A DNA stretch of 64,000 nucleotides, from contig OZ025675.1 of assembly GCA_964019335.1 (NCBI GenBank), positions 372,001-436,000 on the forward strand, written 5' to 3'. This DNA comes from Diplonema japonicum (taxonomy: Eukaryota; Protista; Euglenozoa: Diplonemea). The stretch's first letter is position 1, and each line of letters opens with the position of its first letter. The notes under the pieces were generated by a model that saw only the letters and a list, made by a program, of their open reading frames with translations, had not been told where the DNA came from and searched no databases. Below are positions 20,674-32,939 of the stretch, piece by piece. Position numbers and translations under genes: made by a program.

Positions 20674-22556
20674 TAAGTGGTATGGGGGGGGGGGGGGGGG
20701 GGAATACCTTGTTTTTTTTTTTTTTTTCCGCACGCCAGGACATAAAGAAAAAAAAAAACAGAAATGAAAGAATCTTTTTGAATTGTTAAAAGGGGGCTTT
20801 TTTTCCTTCCCCCCCCCCCCCCCACAAGATTTTAAAATAAACGCCGTTCAGTGGACTTCAAAAAAAAAAAAAAGAATAACCCCTCCAGACATTTCTTTGT
20901 CAAGCCTGCACTTTTTTTTTTCATTTTCTTTTTTTTACAGTTTTGTTTTCTTCGATCGCTTTTTCTTTCCTTCTTTTTTTTTTTATTTCACTCTTCGTCA
21001 TTTTCTTCTCACTAGGGGCCTCATAATTTAACGCGAAATCGCCATAATTTAACTAGTTAAATTATGAGATTTTGGAGTTATGGGGCTTCAGAGTGAAAAA
21101 ATGGGTCTTGTCGTGGGAAAAAAATGTACCCAACCCTCTTTGGGGATGGGGTATTTCGACTATTTTTAGCCATCTGAGGCCATTTCCGGCCCTTAAAAGT
21201 GGGAATAAGTGCTTTACTTCCCCTTTAAATGCCACGGCGAAATAGCTACCCCGTATTACCTTAGGAAATCCCAAAAAGGCTGACCTGCGTGAAAAAAAAC
21301 AGTGAAAGCAGTGAAGAGTGAGTGACTCAAATGACGAAGAGTGAAATAAAACGACTTACTTGCCGCCAAATGAGCCATTATTTAACTCTCGTTACCGTTT
21401 TTTTGCACTCGGGCCCTGCAGGCCCTCGTGTAAAAAATTCGGGAACTCGAGTTAAATAATGACTGTTGGCAATAAATAGCTATTTTTTTCTTCCCTTTTC
21501 TTTTTCCCTTTGCAACAAAAGGTTTAAATAAAATCACAAATTAGAAGAACGGACCTTTTGCTAGGGAAAAGAAAAAGAAAAAAGGAAAAAAAAAAGGATG
21601 AGACTGGGAGAGGACGAAATGTGCAGGGGGGAAAGAGCTGGCTAAGAAAAACTTGTCGGGGCTTTCCCTTTTTTTTTTTTAAATTTTTTTTATTTGTGTT
21701 GTTTCGATCGTTGAACAAAAAAAAAAAAAAAAAAAAAATGGTATTTCGCTATTTGTCAAGACCCAAAAAAACCCGGTTTCCAAAAACACTAGAATGTGTA
21801 AAAATTCAACGAATTCTTTTCTTTTTCTTCGTTCCTTTTAGCCATCCTGTTTAACAGATACCATTCTGGCAAGCCTAGGACAGCTAAAACAAACTAGAAG
21901 AAAACACGCATAGGCAACTAGGAAAGTCATCAATAAATTCTAGAAGCTCATTCCGGACGCTCCCCCCCGATAAAAAAAACTATTTTTTTTTTTTTTGCAC
22001 GCTGCACGCAGACTCTAGGCCCTGCACCCCTACCCCCTAACCCCCATATACTCCAACCAAGTACCTTCTATCTATCTCTATCTCCTTTTTACTGGAGGTA
22101 AAGTGGTGAAACATTAATAAAGTGTTAAGTGACCCCATCAGTAATACCATTGTAAAGGTTTGTCCTGATTGAATGAACATAGCAATGTTGCTCCAGTTAC
22201 TCGGGGGGGGGGGAGAGAAATCACTGATGATGATGATGGGGGTTTTCAAGGTTTTTTTTTTTTTGCGTTCGTTTCGTTGAGATAATCCCCCCCCTCCCCA
22301 AAAAAATGGGTGTGATTTTTTCTTTTTTCTTTTTGCAAACTTGGCTGGGCGGGGGGGAGGGGAGGCTATATTAGTAGCAAACGGGACAAAATATTTTAGG
22401 GAAAACGGCCTCCAAAAATAAAGAAACGTTTCTGTTTTTCCTTATTTCAAAGGAGAAAAAAAAAAAAAAAGGGTAATGATTCTTTACGAACACACCTGTA
22501 TTTTATTAAAATAACTTTTCTTCGTTATTCGTGTTTAAAAAAATGTTTTTTTTTAA

Positions 22557-24327
22557 CCCATAACACTCCGGGGCCTATCTACATAGGGGTCCCTTTTTTG
22601 CTCCTTTTCATAATCTGAGGGGAAAAATGGCAGCATTCAACCCCCGTTTGCAGGTAAAACGGGTTTTTTGGACCAGGAAAATTAAAAAGAAAGTTCAAAA
22701 ATTAATAAAAATACAAAGGGGATGAAGAGTTGAATGGCCGTAGGGTGCTCAAAAACGACCATGTCAAAATGGGTTATGCACGGGGGGGTGTAAATTGAGC
22801 ATCCTGGGACAAAAAAGGCAGCATCAGGACCCCTCAGATGTCTCAGACCGAGAGAGGTGCCTATTTGCGGGTGGAATATCGGCCTCGAAATCGTCAAGAG
22901 GCCTTTTTGGGGTGATGGAAGAGTGGTACGAAAAAAGCACTTATTTGGACAGAGGTGTTGGTTTCAGGTGTAGCATTTGTAGATTGTGCGTTTTGTGCAT
23001 TCTTTCAACCTGCAGACCCTGGAGGTGCCCCCTTTGAGTGGCTAGCGGTCACGTTTGGTGTAATCTGGGGTATCGGGTGTGTGTGCACCACTAGTTGGGT
23101 GCCGGGAGTGGTGTTTTTGCAACGTTGGACCCATCAATTAGGCTCTCTCGAAAGCGCTCTTTAAAGCAGCCAGGGTTGTGTATCTCTTTGGCATCCCTGA
23201 ACCATATTTTATTTGAAGTGCATGGCAGTTAACTATTGTCACTTCTAGGGCCCACCAGAAGAGTCCGCAACACCCAACGAAATGCAAGCCCCTCACAGCA
23301 GGGCTTCGGCCAGACCCACAGTCGAAAAGTAGCTATCGCAAATTACCGTGTTGTCATTTCCCCGGAAAGGCTCTGTTAACCCCAGCCCCGCTTTTTCCAC
23401 AACACTGAAATCTTCAAGTGCGTGCCCCTCGATTTTGGTGGATGTGAAACGCAAAAGATAACCCGTGCTCGCGCAGTTTAGGCAGTAGATTTTTATGCCA
23501 TATCTTTTACGCTTGAAAGGACAGTAGACCCGCAGCCCCCAATTGCCCCGTGAAGGTACGAGTGTCTCGTCAATGCTTAAATATTTTCCTGACACTGCTG
23601 CTTTTGCCCACTTGTCACCAATTCTGTCCAGAAACCCCCGTATCTTCACAACACATCACCGTTTGACTCTTCTGTGTGAGTGAAGCGGAGGCTACTTTTG
23701 ATTTCCCAGTAGCGTCTCCTGGGCATCGTGTTACTGAAAAGGGGGATTTTCATGGGTCCTGTGGACCAATACGACTGCTGATTCTGGGCACGCCGTAAAC
23801 CCATCGCAATGCTCAATCCGAGTAAGCGGTGGAGTCTTGGGTCGAAATTTTATCAATCTCAGCGTCCTTTTGCCTGTTTGTCTCTTCTTGGATGACGTCT
23901 GTTAGCTTCTTATAAAAAAGCCGAAGGAATAACCATTTTGCGTCGTCAGGTTTCTGCGTACCACGGGACAGCTTTTTTTCTCCCCACTGGCCTATTTTAT
24001 GGTCTCTATGGGTACCAACTCCCTTACCCATGAAGGTTGGACCTCGTCCGTAGCTGTTTTGGCTTTACCTTTGCGTTTTTTGGGAACAATTTGGGCACAG
24101 TATGCACACCCGTTATTTTGCGTTTTTAGCCTATCTACTCGGATTTGGGACCCACTTGGTGGGTGGATAACAAGGTAAAGTGATGCAGAGCAGCATTAAT
24201 TGCAGTTGAAAATAACTCCTCACTATAGTCGTGCTTGGAGATCCAGGGGTCGTGGGGACGAAAAAGTACTTAGAGAAAAAAACGATTTTTCAAAACGACA
24301 AATATTTGCGCCTTGGAGTGTTATGGG
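22557..24327 (-). mobile_element. Decayed piggyBac-like DNA transposon
   Basis: TTAA|CCCATAACACTCC at 22553-22569 and inverted GGAGTGTTATGGG at 24315-24327; transposase remnant LSIDETLVP...YGIKIYCL...VICDSYFST (23293-23649); Cys-rich C-terminal remnant CRLKEC..TIYKC..*..HLC..KCF near 22930-23015; multiple stops/frameshifts. Confidence 0.88.
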
Positions 24328-24604
24328 AAAAAGAAAAAGAAAATACGGTGTGGTTTTTTTTTTTTTTGCTGGTTCGCACAACGAGCAAAAACTAAAACAA
24401 AAATAAAACTAAAAACTTTTAGAGAATACTGCTAAAAGTCCTTTTTTTTTAAATTTTTTTTTCTTTTTAATTTATTTGCTCGGGCGCGGTAGGTGGGCAA
24501 GAAAAAAAGAAGAAGAAAAAAAAAAACAATCATTAACATCGAGGTGACACAACTCAAAACGGCGCTCAGCACGACCACCACAGTCGGCTCCAAGTGCGCC
24601 ATGA

Positions 24605-24810
24605 AGATACTGTTCTTTTCTTTTCATTTCCCCCCCCCCTTTTTTTTTTTTTTTTTTTTACTACTTTTAATCCTGAGCAACTCTCTTAAAGATTTTAGGC
24701 TAGAAGAAATGAATAAAAGCAGGGTTTCACTTTATTTCACACCCACAATCATTTTCCAGAAAAATGGGCAGAAAACCGAAGGTGACGAGGGAAGCGAACC
24801 GCTTCCAACG
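24605..24810. repeat. ~210-bp near-identical duplicated segment (second copy ~39662-39872)
   Basis: GATACTGTTCTTTT...CTGAGCAACTCTCTTAAAG...GGGAAGCGAACCGCTTCCAACGC present twice. Confidence 0.85.
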
Positions 24811-25370
24811 CGTACAAAGCGCAACCTTGAATAGAAGGAAGCTGGGGAAGATGGGGGCGTCTGTAGTCAAACGACACATTTTTTTTTCTTTTTACGCCTA
24901 AACCAAACATGCAATCCACGGGTAACGTGACAGTCACTCCGCCGCTAGGCAGTATCCGCCAGCAACTGCCACCTGTCACCCTGGCACAGACCTCCCTGAA
25001 ATGAATCGCTTAAGGGGAGGTGAGGGGGGGGGGGGGGGGGGGGGAAGTACCAGTCTTGTTTTGAGAGGGTAATCACAAACTTTCACCTGCCTCACTTTTG
25101 TGCATAATACTTTCTTTTCCACATTCCACCGTTGGCTCCACCAGGGAAAATTAAAAAAAAAAATATATATATATATATAAAAAAAAAAAAAGGGAAAAAG
25201 CAGAAATAGTGGAAAAAGACACATATACGCACATTTCTTTTTTTTTAAAAAAGAAATATTTAAAAAAAACAAGAAAAAGAATAATTCACACCGAAGAAGA
25301 ACTTATTTCAGGAATCCTTAAGAAGGGCCTCCCCGAGATCCTGATAGAACAGAGAAGAAGAAGAAGAAGG

Positions 25371-25404
<34 letters not shown>

Positions 25405-25423
25405 AACCGTCTAAAAAAGGAGT

Positions 25424-27268
25424 TCAGTAAACCTGTCTCCGTGTCTCAACTGGCACCTTGTCAAGGATGATGTCTATTAAGGCAGCCGCCAGAGGTTCGT
25501 TTCTGTAGCTTTCAAGCAGGCCTACAGCCTCCTCTTGTGCATGCCGGCTTTTAAGACATTCTCCTAGCAGGTACAGCTTCGCTGCCTCATTATATCTTGA
25601 CCAGTGCTTCGCCACCGATTGCTCCAACGCGTACATCCACTCCTGGTTGGCTGTGTTGCTCAGCCCAACAGGGAAGATATTGACACCAGTAGTCTGGGTT
25701 ACAGCTTCCCACAGGACGGCCTCAAGCTCCTTGCCACATTTTATAAAGGTGACCGCCTTGAGGACAATGCGCATTTCCTGTGTGACAGAGGCGTCCATGT
25801 AGGCAGCAGTGTTGCACACAACCCCAATACCCCACTCCGCACCGAGCCTCTCGTACACAGATGTTAAAACCGCCGCGTGTCCCATGATGCTGAACCGCCT
25901 CACCTCGTGGTCTCCAAGATCCCCTACCAGAACCTTCCCGCCACACACGCCTATATTGACTTCTGTCTTTTCCATCTTTTCTTGTTTTAGGGCGATTGCG
26001 GTTTTGACAGCAGCCAATGCGTGTTGGAGGCACCTCCTTGCCGCGTTGAACGAGGCGTGCACGTGGTCCCCGACGAACAGGTCCAGCATCCCCTTCTGTG
26101 CACGGATGACGTTCAGCGCCAAACCTGTCATCTTCGTGTGCAAGCGAGTAAACTCCACGGGGTCAGCATCTGCGACCACAATAGAGTTCCTCATGTTCAT
26201 CACCAGCATCGTCGCCCTTATGGGTGTCAGCATCATGGTCAAAGAATTTTGCAATTCTGACTGCACCGAAGGTGTTTGCGTGTGACTCTGCGACTCTGTT
26301 GGTATATGTGATTTCTGCGACTGGGTACGGGTAGCATCCCTTGACTGTGTGTGCGTGGCGTCCCTAGACTGCGTCACTGTGAACGACTCAGTTGGGCCCT
26401 CGTCTTCAATGAGCTCCTCGATCGCATCCAGCCCAAGAATACAGGACTGCGGGAGGTAAGGTTTATACGACCGGAGGTTCACAAGAATGGTGTGAAGCGC
26501 TTCGTGCAGCTTGTCGGGGAGGTCATCGCGTGAACCTTCAAGCGCCACGCCGGCCTCTTCAAGCTTGAACCCTGCAAGGAAGGAGGCCACGTCGCGTGCT
26601 GCAAGAACACCCAGTTCCAACTTCCGTTTTTCAGCGAGAACCTCTTCAGCGAAACCTCTTGTGAAGTAGAAATCAAGGAGGAAGATTGCGATGGTGACGA
26701 AAAACGTAAGCCCGGCGCCTTCAGCCGAACGTTTACAAGGGAGAGCCTCACAGTTGCAAACCCTTTCATTCCGGTAACGGCTGTCGCCGTTGAAGTCAGA
26801 ACCACCGATGTCGAGGAGGCCGAATCGGGTGATCGTTTCAGCAGTGGTGAGAAGGAGCCAGAGACAGAGGCAGAAGACGACTATTACAGATGACCTCCTG
26901 CGCACTCGGCACACCAGAAGCACATCAACTACTATGACTGCAAATGCCCACATTCTTGGTATCATGGCACCCATTGCATTGAGGTCTACAAAGATGACGA
27001 TGATGAGGTCCACAAAGCCCATGAGCTCCACAAAGGTGTCGGAGGGCTTCTTGTTCACAAACAGCCACACCAAGGCAAGCCCGTTACCCCCAGTAGCAAT
27101 GAAGCCTGCGATCCTCGCGGTCAGGAGGTCCGTGATGAATAAACCGAAGGTACCGAAGAGGAACTGAACCAGAAAGAACCACAGAAGAACCTTCTTTCGC
27201 TTGACCATCACCTCATCGTCGTCGGGGAGGGCGAGCTTGCTGATTAGCCATTTGTGCAGGAACCACAT
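25424..27268 (-). CDS. 6TM receptor with degenerate cyclase domain, paralogue 3 (most diverged cyclase region; TQSRDAT repeat in linker)
   Basis: Likely start MWFLHKW; family motifs conserved. Confidence 0.9.
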   Translation of the reverse strand: MWFLHKWLISKLALPDDDEVMVKRKKVLLWFFLVQFLFGTFGLFITDLLTARIAGFIATGGNGLALVWLFVNKKPSDTFVELMGFVDLIIVIFVDLNAMGAMIPRMWAFAVIVVDVLLVCRVRRRSSVIVVFCLCLWLLLTTAETITRFGLLDIGGSDFNGDSRYRNERVCNCEALPCKRSAEGAGLTFFVTIAIFLLDFYFTRGFAEEVLAEKRKLELGVLAARDVASFLAGFKLEEAGVALEGSRDDLPDKLHEALHTILVNLRSYKPYLPQSCILGLDAIEELIEDEGPTESFTVTQSRDATHTQSRDATRTQSQKSHIPTESQSHTQTPSVQSELQNSLTMMLTPIRATMLVMNMRNSIVVADADPVEFTRLHTKMTGLALNVIRAQKGMLDLFVGDHVHASFNAARRCLQHALAAVKTAIALKQEKMEKTEVNIGVCGGKVLVGDLGDHEVRRFSIMGHAAVLTSVYERLGAEWGIGVVCNTAAYMDASVTQEMRIVLKAVTFIKCGKELEAVLWEAVTQTTGVNIFPVGLSNTANQEWMYALEQSVAKHWSRYNEAAKLYLLGECLKSRHAQEEAVGLLESYRNEPLAAALIDIILDKVPVETRRQVY

Positions 27269-28168
27269 CCCCCTTCCCCCCACTGTGTGGAGTACTTATA
27301 GCGTGACGTGAGATGAAAATATGAGACAGTGGGCGATATTCCTTTAGGCCCGGTAATTGTTTTCTTGCGAGTCTGCGTGGAAATAAAGGCAGCCCTCATT
27401 CTCTGTAAAAGGGGAACGTTGGCAAACAGAAAAGAAGAAGAAAAGAAAAATGACTAGTTGTGCAACCTAACGGTGAGCCTACAAGTTGCAGCAAGAATTG
27501 GGGAGAAAAGGGGGAACTACAAGAGGTAGTCTTTGGCGCCCCATTTATTTCCTTTTTCTTTTTTCTTTTTTTCTTTTTGAGAAGTGGGAGGGTTCTTGAA
27601 AAAGGTTTTCTTTTTTTCGTTTATTTCTTTGTAGAACCACAACTTGTTCGTTTGCAAAGGAGAAGATATCTGATTGCTAACCGAAAGATGGTTACTACGT
27701 AAGGAGAAGGGGAAGATTGGAAAGAAGGGGAGAGCGGGGGGTAGAAGGGGATCAAAAAAAAAAGGGCGATGCAAAAATCACTGCACGGGTTTAAAAAGCG
27801 CCTTTTTATTTTGCATCACTTCCCGAACTGAAGGGTTGTTTGTTCCTGGCCAATCCGGAGTTGCGAAAAAAAAAAAAAAAAAAAAAAAACTGAGGTAATT
27901 CCTTAACCGACTATTTGAGGGGGGGGGGGGGAAATAAGTTCTAGAAACAGAGAAAGAAAAGAGGGAAAAAGAAGAAATAAAACCAGGTATTTCTTCTTTT
28001 TTTTTTTTATTCTCCCGCGGAAGTAACATGAAACTACATCCTTTACGCGGCACAATTGGCGCAGACAGAGGAGTAGCAAAACGATCCTGCCGCAAAAGAA
28101 ATAGATTTTAGAAGAAAACGTTGTAGGTGGTCGCATGGCCGTTGAACGGGATGGATAAACAGATTACT

Positions 28169-29968
28169 TCAGTACTGCTGCCGCCACCGCACTACTGGTG
28201 TCCTGCTGACAATCAAGTCAGACAAAGTCGCAGCCAAAGGCTCGTTTGTGTAGCATCGAAGCATTTCCAACGCCTCACTCCCACTAGGGTCGATCTTACC
28301 ATGCAGGTATAGTTTCGCTGCCTCGTTGTACTTCACCCAGTACTTCGCCCGAGACTCGTCCAGTGCGTACATCCACTCCTGGTCTAGGTGGGATTGGCTT
28401 TCTGCCTGCACAGGCCTATTTGGTGCCCTCATGGAACCTGGCGGTGTTAAGGGTGGAGTAGAAGGGTCAGGATCTTCGCTCATTACCTTCTCCCACAGGA
28501 CAGCTTCTTTTTCTTCGGTGTGCTTCACAAAGGTGACCGCCTTGAGGATGATGCGCATTTCTTGTGTGACAGAGGCATCGATGAAGGCAGCGGTGTTGCA
28601 CACAACCCCAATGCCCCACTCCGCACCGAGCCTCTCGTACACAGATGTCAGAACCGCCGCGTGTCCCATGATGCTGAACCGCCTCACCTCGTTGTTCCCA
28701 AGGTCTCCCACCAGAACCTTCCCACTGCACACGGCCACGTTCACTTCCATGTTGTGGCACAGTTTTAATCGTTTTAGTACGGTTGCTGTCTTCACCGCCG
28801 CCACTGCGTGTTGGACGCATTTCCTTGCCGCGTTGAACGAGGCGTGCACGTGGTCCCCGACGAACAGGTCCAGCATCCCCTTCTGTGCACGAACAGCGTG
28901 CAGCTTCGCGTGGAGGCGGCTGAACTCAACAGGTTCCGCCTCCGCTGTTTTGATCGAGTTCTTCATGTTCATCACCAGCATCGTCGCCCTTGTGGGTGTC
29001 AGAACATGAAGTGCCGGTGCTTGTGAGTCAGAAAGGACAGATGGAGTGCACGCTGTGTGTGACTCCGACTGCGACTGCGACTGTGTGTGTGAATATGTAC
29101 TCTCGTTGTCAGAACTATCAGAATCGCCACCCCCCTGCAGACAGGACTGGGGGAGGTAAGGTTTATACGACCGGAGGTTCACAAGAATGGTGTGAAGCGC
29201 TTCGTGCAGCTTGTCGGGGAGGTCTTCCTTCGAAAGGTCGAGGTGGGCGTCTGCCTCTTCAAGCTTGAACCCTGCAAGGAAGGAGGCCACGTCGCGTGCT
29301 GCAAGAACACCCAGTTCCAACTTCCGTTTTTCAGCGAGAACCTCATCAGCGAAACCCCTTGTGAAGTAGAAGTCGAGGAGGAAGATGGCTGACATGATAA
29401 TATAAATCAGGAAGACGCTGGGCGCCTTCCTTGTGCACGGCATCGTCTCGCACTGGCAGGTGTTGTTGTAACGAAATTCTTGGTCGCCGTTGAAATCGCC
29501 GTCACCGATGTCCAGGAGGCCGAAGCGGGTGGCTTGTTCAAGACTGGTGATGAACAACCAGAGGCAGAGGGAGATGATGACGACGATGGAGGACCTTGAC
29601 CTGATCCTGCACACGAGCATTACATCGACTATGATTAAAGTAAGGGGCCACAGCCTTGGAGTCATGCCCCCTAATGCATTTAAATCCGTAAAAATGACAG
29701 CAATGAGGTCGGAGTAGGCAATCAGTTCTATGAAGGTGTCGGAGGGCTTCTTGTTCACAAACAGCCACACCAGGGCTAATGAATTCCCGATTATGCATAG
29801 GTACGAGGCAATTTTTGCTGTCGTGAATGCTGTGACTGACGATCCGCCTATGCCGATGAGTAGGGTTATGATGATGAACCAAAGAAGGATCTTCTTTCGC
29901 TTGACCATCACCTCATCGTCGTCGGGGAGGGCGAGCTTGCTGATAAGCCAGTTGTGCAGCGACCACAT
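28169..29968 (-). CDS. 6TM receptor with degenerate cyclase domain, paralogue 4 (15-nt in-frame deletion)
   Basis: RLHAK-LHAVRAQ versus RLHAKVIGFALHAVRAQ in siblings; otherwise family motifs. Confidence 0.88.
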   Translation of the reverse strand: MWSLHNWLISKLALPDDDEVMVKRKKILLWFIIITLLIGIGGSSVTAFTTAKIASYLCIIGNSLALVWLFVNKKPSDTFIELIAYSDLIAVIFTDLNALGGMTPRLWPLTLIIVDVMLVCRIRSRSSIVVIISLCLWLFITSLEQATRFGLLDIGDGDFNGDQEFRYNNTCQCETMPCTRKAPSVFLIYIIMSAIFLLDFYFTRGFADEVLAEKRKLELGVLAARDVASFLAGFKLEEADAHLDLSKEDLPDKLHEALHTILVNLRSYKPYLPQSCLQGGGDSDSSDNESTYSHTQSQSQSESHTACTPSVLSDSQAPALHVLTPTRATMLVMNMKNSIKTAEAEPVEFSRLHAKLHAVRAQKGMLDLFVGDHVHASFNAARKCVQHAVAAVKTATVLKRLKLCHNMEVNVAVCSGKVLVGDLGNNEVRRFSIMGHAAVLTSVYERLGAEWGIGVVCNTAAFIDASVTQEMRIILKAVTFVKHTEEKEAVLWEKVMSEDPDPSTPPLTPPGSMRAPNRPVQAESQSHLDQEWMYALDESRAKYWVKYNEAAKLYLHGKIDPSGSEALEMLRCYTNEPLAATLSDLIVSRTPVVRWRQQY

Positions 29969-30167
29969 TTTCTCTTCCCCCCCCCCCCCGCTTAAAGCTG
30001 TAATAGTGGTGAGGGGAGAATCTTTTTAAGAAAAAAATATATATAAAAAAAAAAGAAGAGTTTGTTTTACTTACTTTGAGGGAGAGAAAAAAAAAGGGGG
30101 AGGGTCCCCCCCTGCTTTTTTTTTTTTACTGTGTTAGGAGTAAACGTGTGATGAATATAACATAAAT

Positions 30168-30344
30168 ATGACCCGTCCAGCTAAAAGGTTCGTAGGTCTT
30201 TTTTTTTTTTTTTTTTTTTTATTTGGTTTTGTTTGTCAAAAGTTCGTTGTTGTGGCACCACTTTGTGTCCCAACAAGAAAACCTTTTCAAAAGCTCAAAA
30301 AAAAGTGGAAAAAACAGTAATCACTTTTAGCTGGATGAGTCGTA
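30168..30344. mobile_element. Small MITE with imperfect TIR
   Basis: TATGACCCGTCCAGCTAAAAG ... CTTTTAGCTGGATGAGTCGTA. Confidence 0.6.
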
Positions 30345-31238
30345 CGGGAAAAAGAATACGTGATTTTGCGAGAGAAGTCCCTGTAGTGCAGTTTGTAGGA
30401 AAAGGGGGGGATTGATGGGGGCGGACGTGATTTATAACCGATGGCGGTTCTTTCTTCTCTTCTTCTGCGACTCGTGGGGGCAAAGCGTGCGAGGGGAACG
30501 CATTCAGCTGATTGCCAAAAAAAAAAAAAAAAAAAATCGAGGAGAAAAAGAAAAAAGAAGAAAGTTAAGCCTTGGAAGAAAAAAAAAAAAAAGAAAAAGT
30601 GCAGTTCCACCGACCTGTGAAACAACGAAGAGAGGGAAGTTATTCTTCTGCCACTGTCAAGTATTAACTTTATGGCTTTTTTTTTTTTTTTTTTTTTTTT
30701 TTGCACCTTCTTTCCAGGCTTGTTAGTAGCCGCTGATTCTAGAATCTGAATTTCTTAACGCTTCTAACGCCCGGAATGTTTCTTTTTTTTTTTTTTTTTT
30801 GTTCTTTCTTTTTTTTTTTTTTGTTGTTGTTGTCGTTGTATCTTGGAAAAATTGGGAGATAGAGTCAATTGTATTGAAAAATGTAAAAAAGAAAAAAAAA
30901 AAAAAAAAAAATACTGCAAAGGAAACCGTTCGGCATACAAAAAAAAAAAAAAAAAAGAAAGAAAAATATCTGAGTTAAAAGAAAAAGAAAAGAAGTCGGC
31001 AACTTTTATAGATGACTCATTTTATTATTCATAAATAAACAAAACCACACAATTGAGGTATACACACCGCAACAAGAATCGAATTTTTTTCGTTGGGAAA
31101 AAGTACTTAGAGAATTGGCCTCATTTTTTTTGGGGGGGGGTTTTTTGAAACGATGCCATATAAAAAAAAAAAAAAAAAAAGAAAAGATGAGATAAAAAGG
31201 AGGTCCCTGTTTTGGAACGTCCCCCTTGTCTCTACTTA

Positions 31239-31279
<41 letters not shown>

Positions 31280-31700
31280 TGTAAAACAGGGCTCCCGGTT
31301 CAAAATGGGTTTTTTTCGATGGACCTGCGGTGCTTTTTGACCAATTTTTTGACCCTTTTTTTCAAAAAAATAAAAATAGGGGGGGGTTCTCGACATGAGC
31401 TGCCGATTCAGCGAGCTTCATGATTGCTCCATCAAGCAACCCGTTCACAGAACCGATGGGGGGGAACTCTTCTGCAGTTTATTATTCAGTGGGTGCAGGC
31501 AATGCAATGCGGACTAAAACCACACACCCCGTGATTAATAAAAAGAGAAAGATTCCTCACAAAGGGGCAACCCCTGCCCCCTTATGGCCTACCGCAGGTA
31601 CTAGAAATTCGCCGGTCCACGTAGACAGGCGACGTTTTCAAAAAGAATTGCTTAGACAGGCGATCGCCGGTCTATCCCCACCTTACCGGGGGGCCTGGTT

Positions 31701-31727
31701 TAAAACGAATAATCGGGCGGAAAAAAC

Positions 31728-31764
<37 letters not shown>

Positions 31765-32370
31765 AAAGCCGGACATTTTTCCGTCCGGGAGTTTTTCTGG
31801 GAAGAAGTTTTTTTTTACATATGGGGGGTAGCAGCTCCTGCCACATTTGCCTGGAAGGGCTTTATTCCTTGTGCAGGCTCGTATACCCAAGGCACGTTGA
31901 ACAGCTGGCTTGTGAGGCACCCCTGACACCCCTGACCAGCTCACCCCCCGAGAGGTGGAGGAGAGATAAACTCCTCCCACCAGGCGAAAGCAGCTCCAGC
32001 TTCGAAGGATGCCAAAGCCCGTATTGGGCGATACGCTGCTACCCACGGTGTGGTCGCGCGGAGGAGGGGGTGGAAATAGAAAAGTCCAGTATTTCCGACC
32101 GGAAAGAAAACGACCAAACCTCCCTTACGATACATTCGGTATCTAGGTTACGGAGCTGTTTCTTCCTTTTTGCTATAAAATCATAGATTCTCATGGTTTT
32201 GCCCCGAACGAGCCGATTCTGCTGCTTGTCGACATGACTACAACCCCATATGACACAAACGTGCAGTGCTCTTCTTTCAGGGATAATGGTTTCTTGCGCG
32301 GTTGCCGTTTGCAGCCCAGACTAATAAAAAACCCGGACATTTTTCCTTCCGGGAGTTTTTCGTTTTACAG
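31701..32370 (+). mobile_element. Internally deleted pogo/Tc1-mariner-like element related to 52801-54455
   Basis: Shared CCGGACATTTTTCCGTCCGGGAG subterminal repeats, internal homology and the same right end GTTTTACAG|TA. Confidence 0.75.
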
Positions 32371-32939
32371 TATAGATTTTTTCACTATGGTAGGAAGACG
32401 AAGTGGAAAGCAACTTACTACAAAGCGAAAAAGAAAGCGAACAAAGAAAAAAATAGAAAAATCAAAATTAAAAAAAAAAAAAAAAAAAAGAAACCGTCGA
32501 GGAGCACTGATAATTTATCAGTTTTTTTTTTTTCTTCTCTTTTTTCCCTCCTTTCTTTTTTCTTTTTTTTTTTTGCAGAGAACAAGCAAACAAATTTTGA
32601 AAAGAATTGTTATTGCAAAAAAAGAGTACAGGCAGCTTGTCCGTTATCCCTACTGCAGGTGAAAACGGCTTGCACAAACAAAATATGGTTTGCATCGACA
32701 TCGATCCCCCTGAACTAACTGCTGTTCTGTACCCCGAGGGAGCACCTGCAGCCCCGGTGGATCTCGCTTGTCCTCCTAAATCAGGCTTCCACTGCCTGAG
32801 GTGTGGATGTCTAAATGCACAACCAATCAACCGACTCTTTTTTTTTTTTTTTTTTGGATTTTTGTTTAAAAGGCCGACATTCTTTTTGTTTTAAAATAAA
32901 TTCGTTTCCCTCGGCCTTATTTTTTTTCTTCTTTTTTTT

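Noticed and set aside
32607-32894. 95-aa ORF with a CLRC motif
   Set aside because: Short, ends in homopolymer, no family recognised; probably transposon debris.
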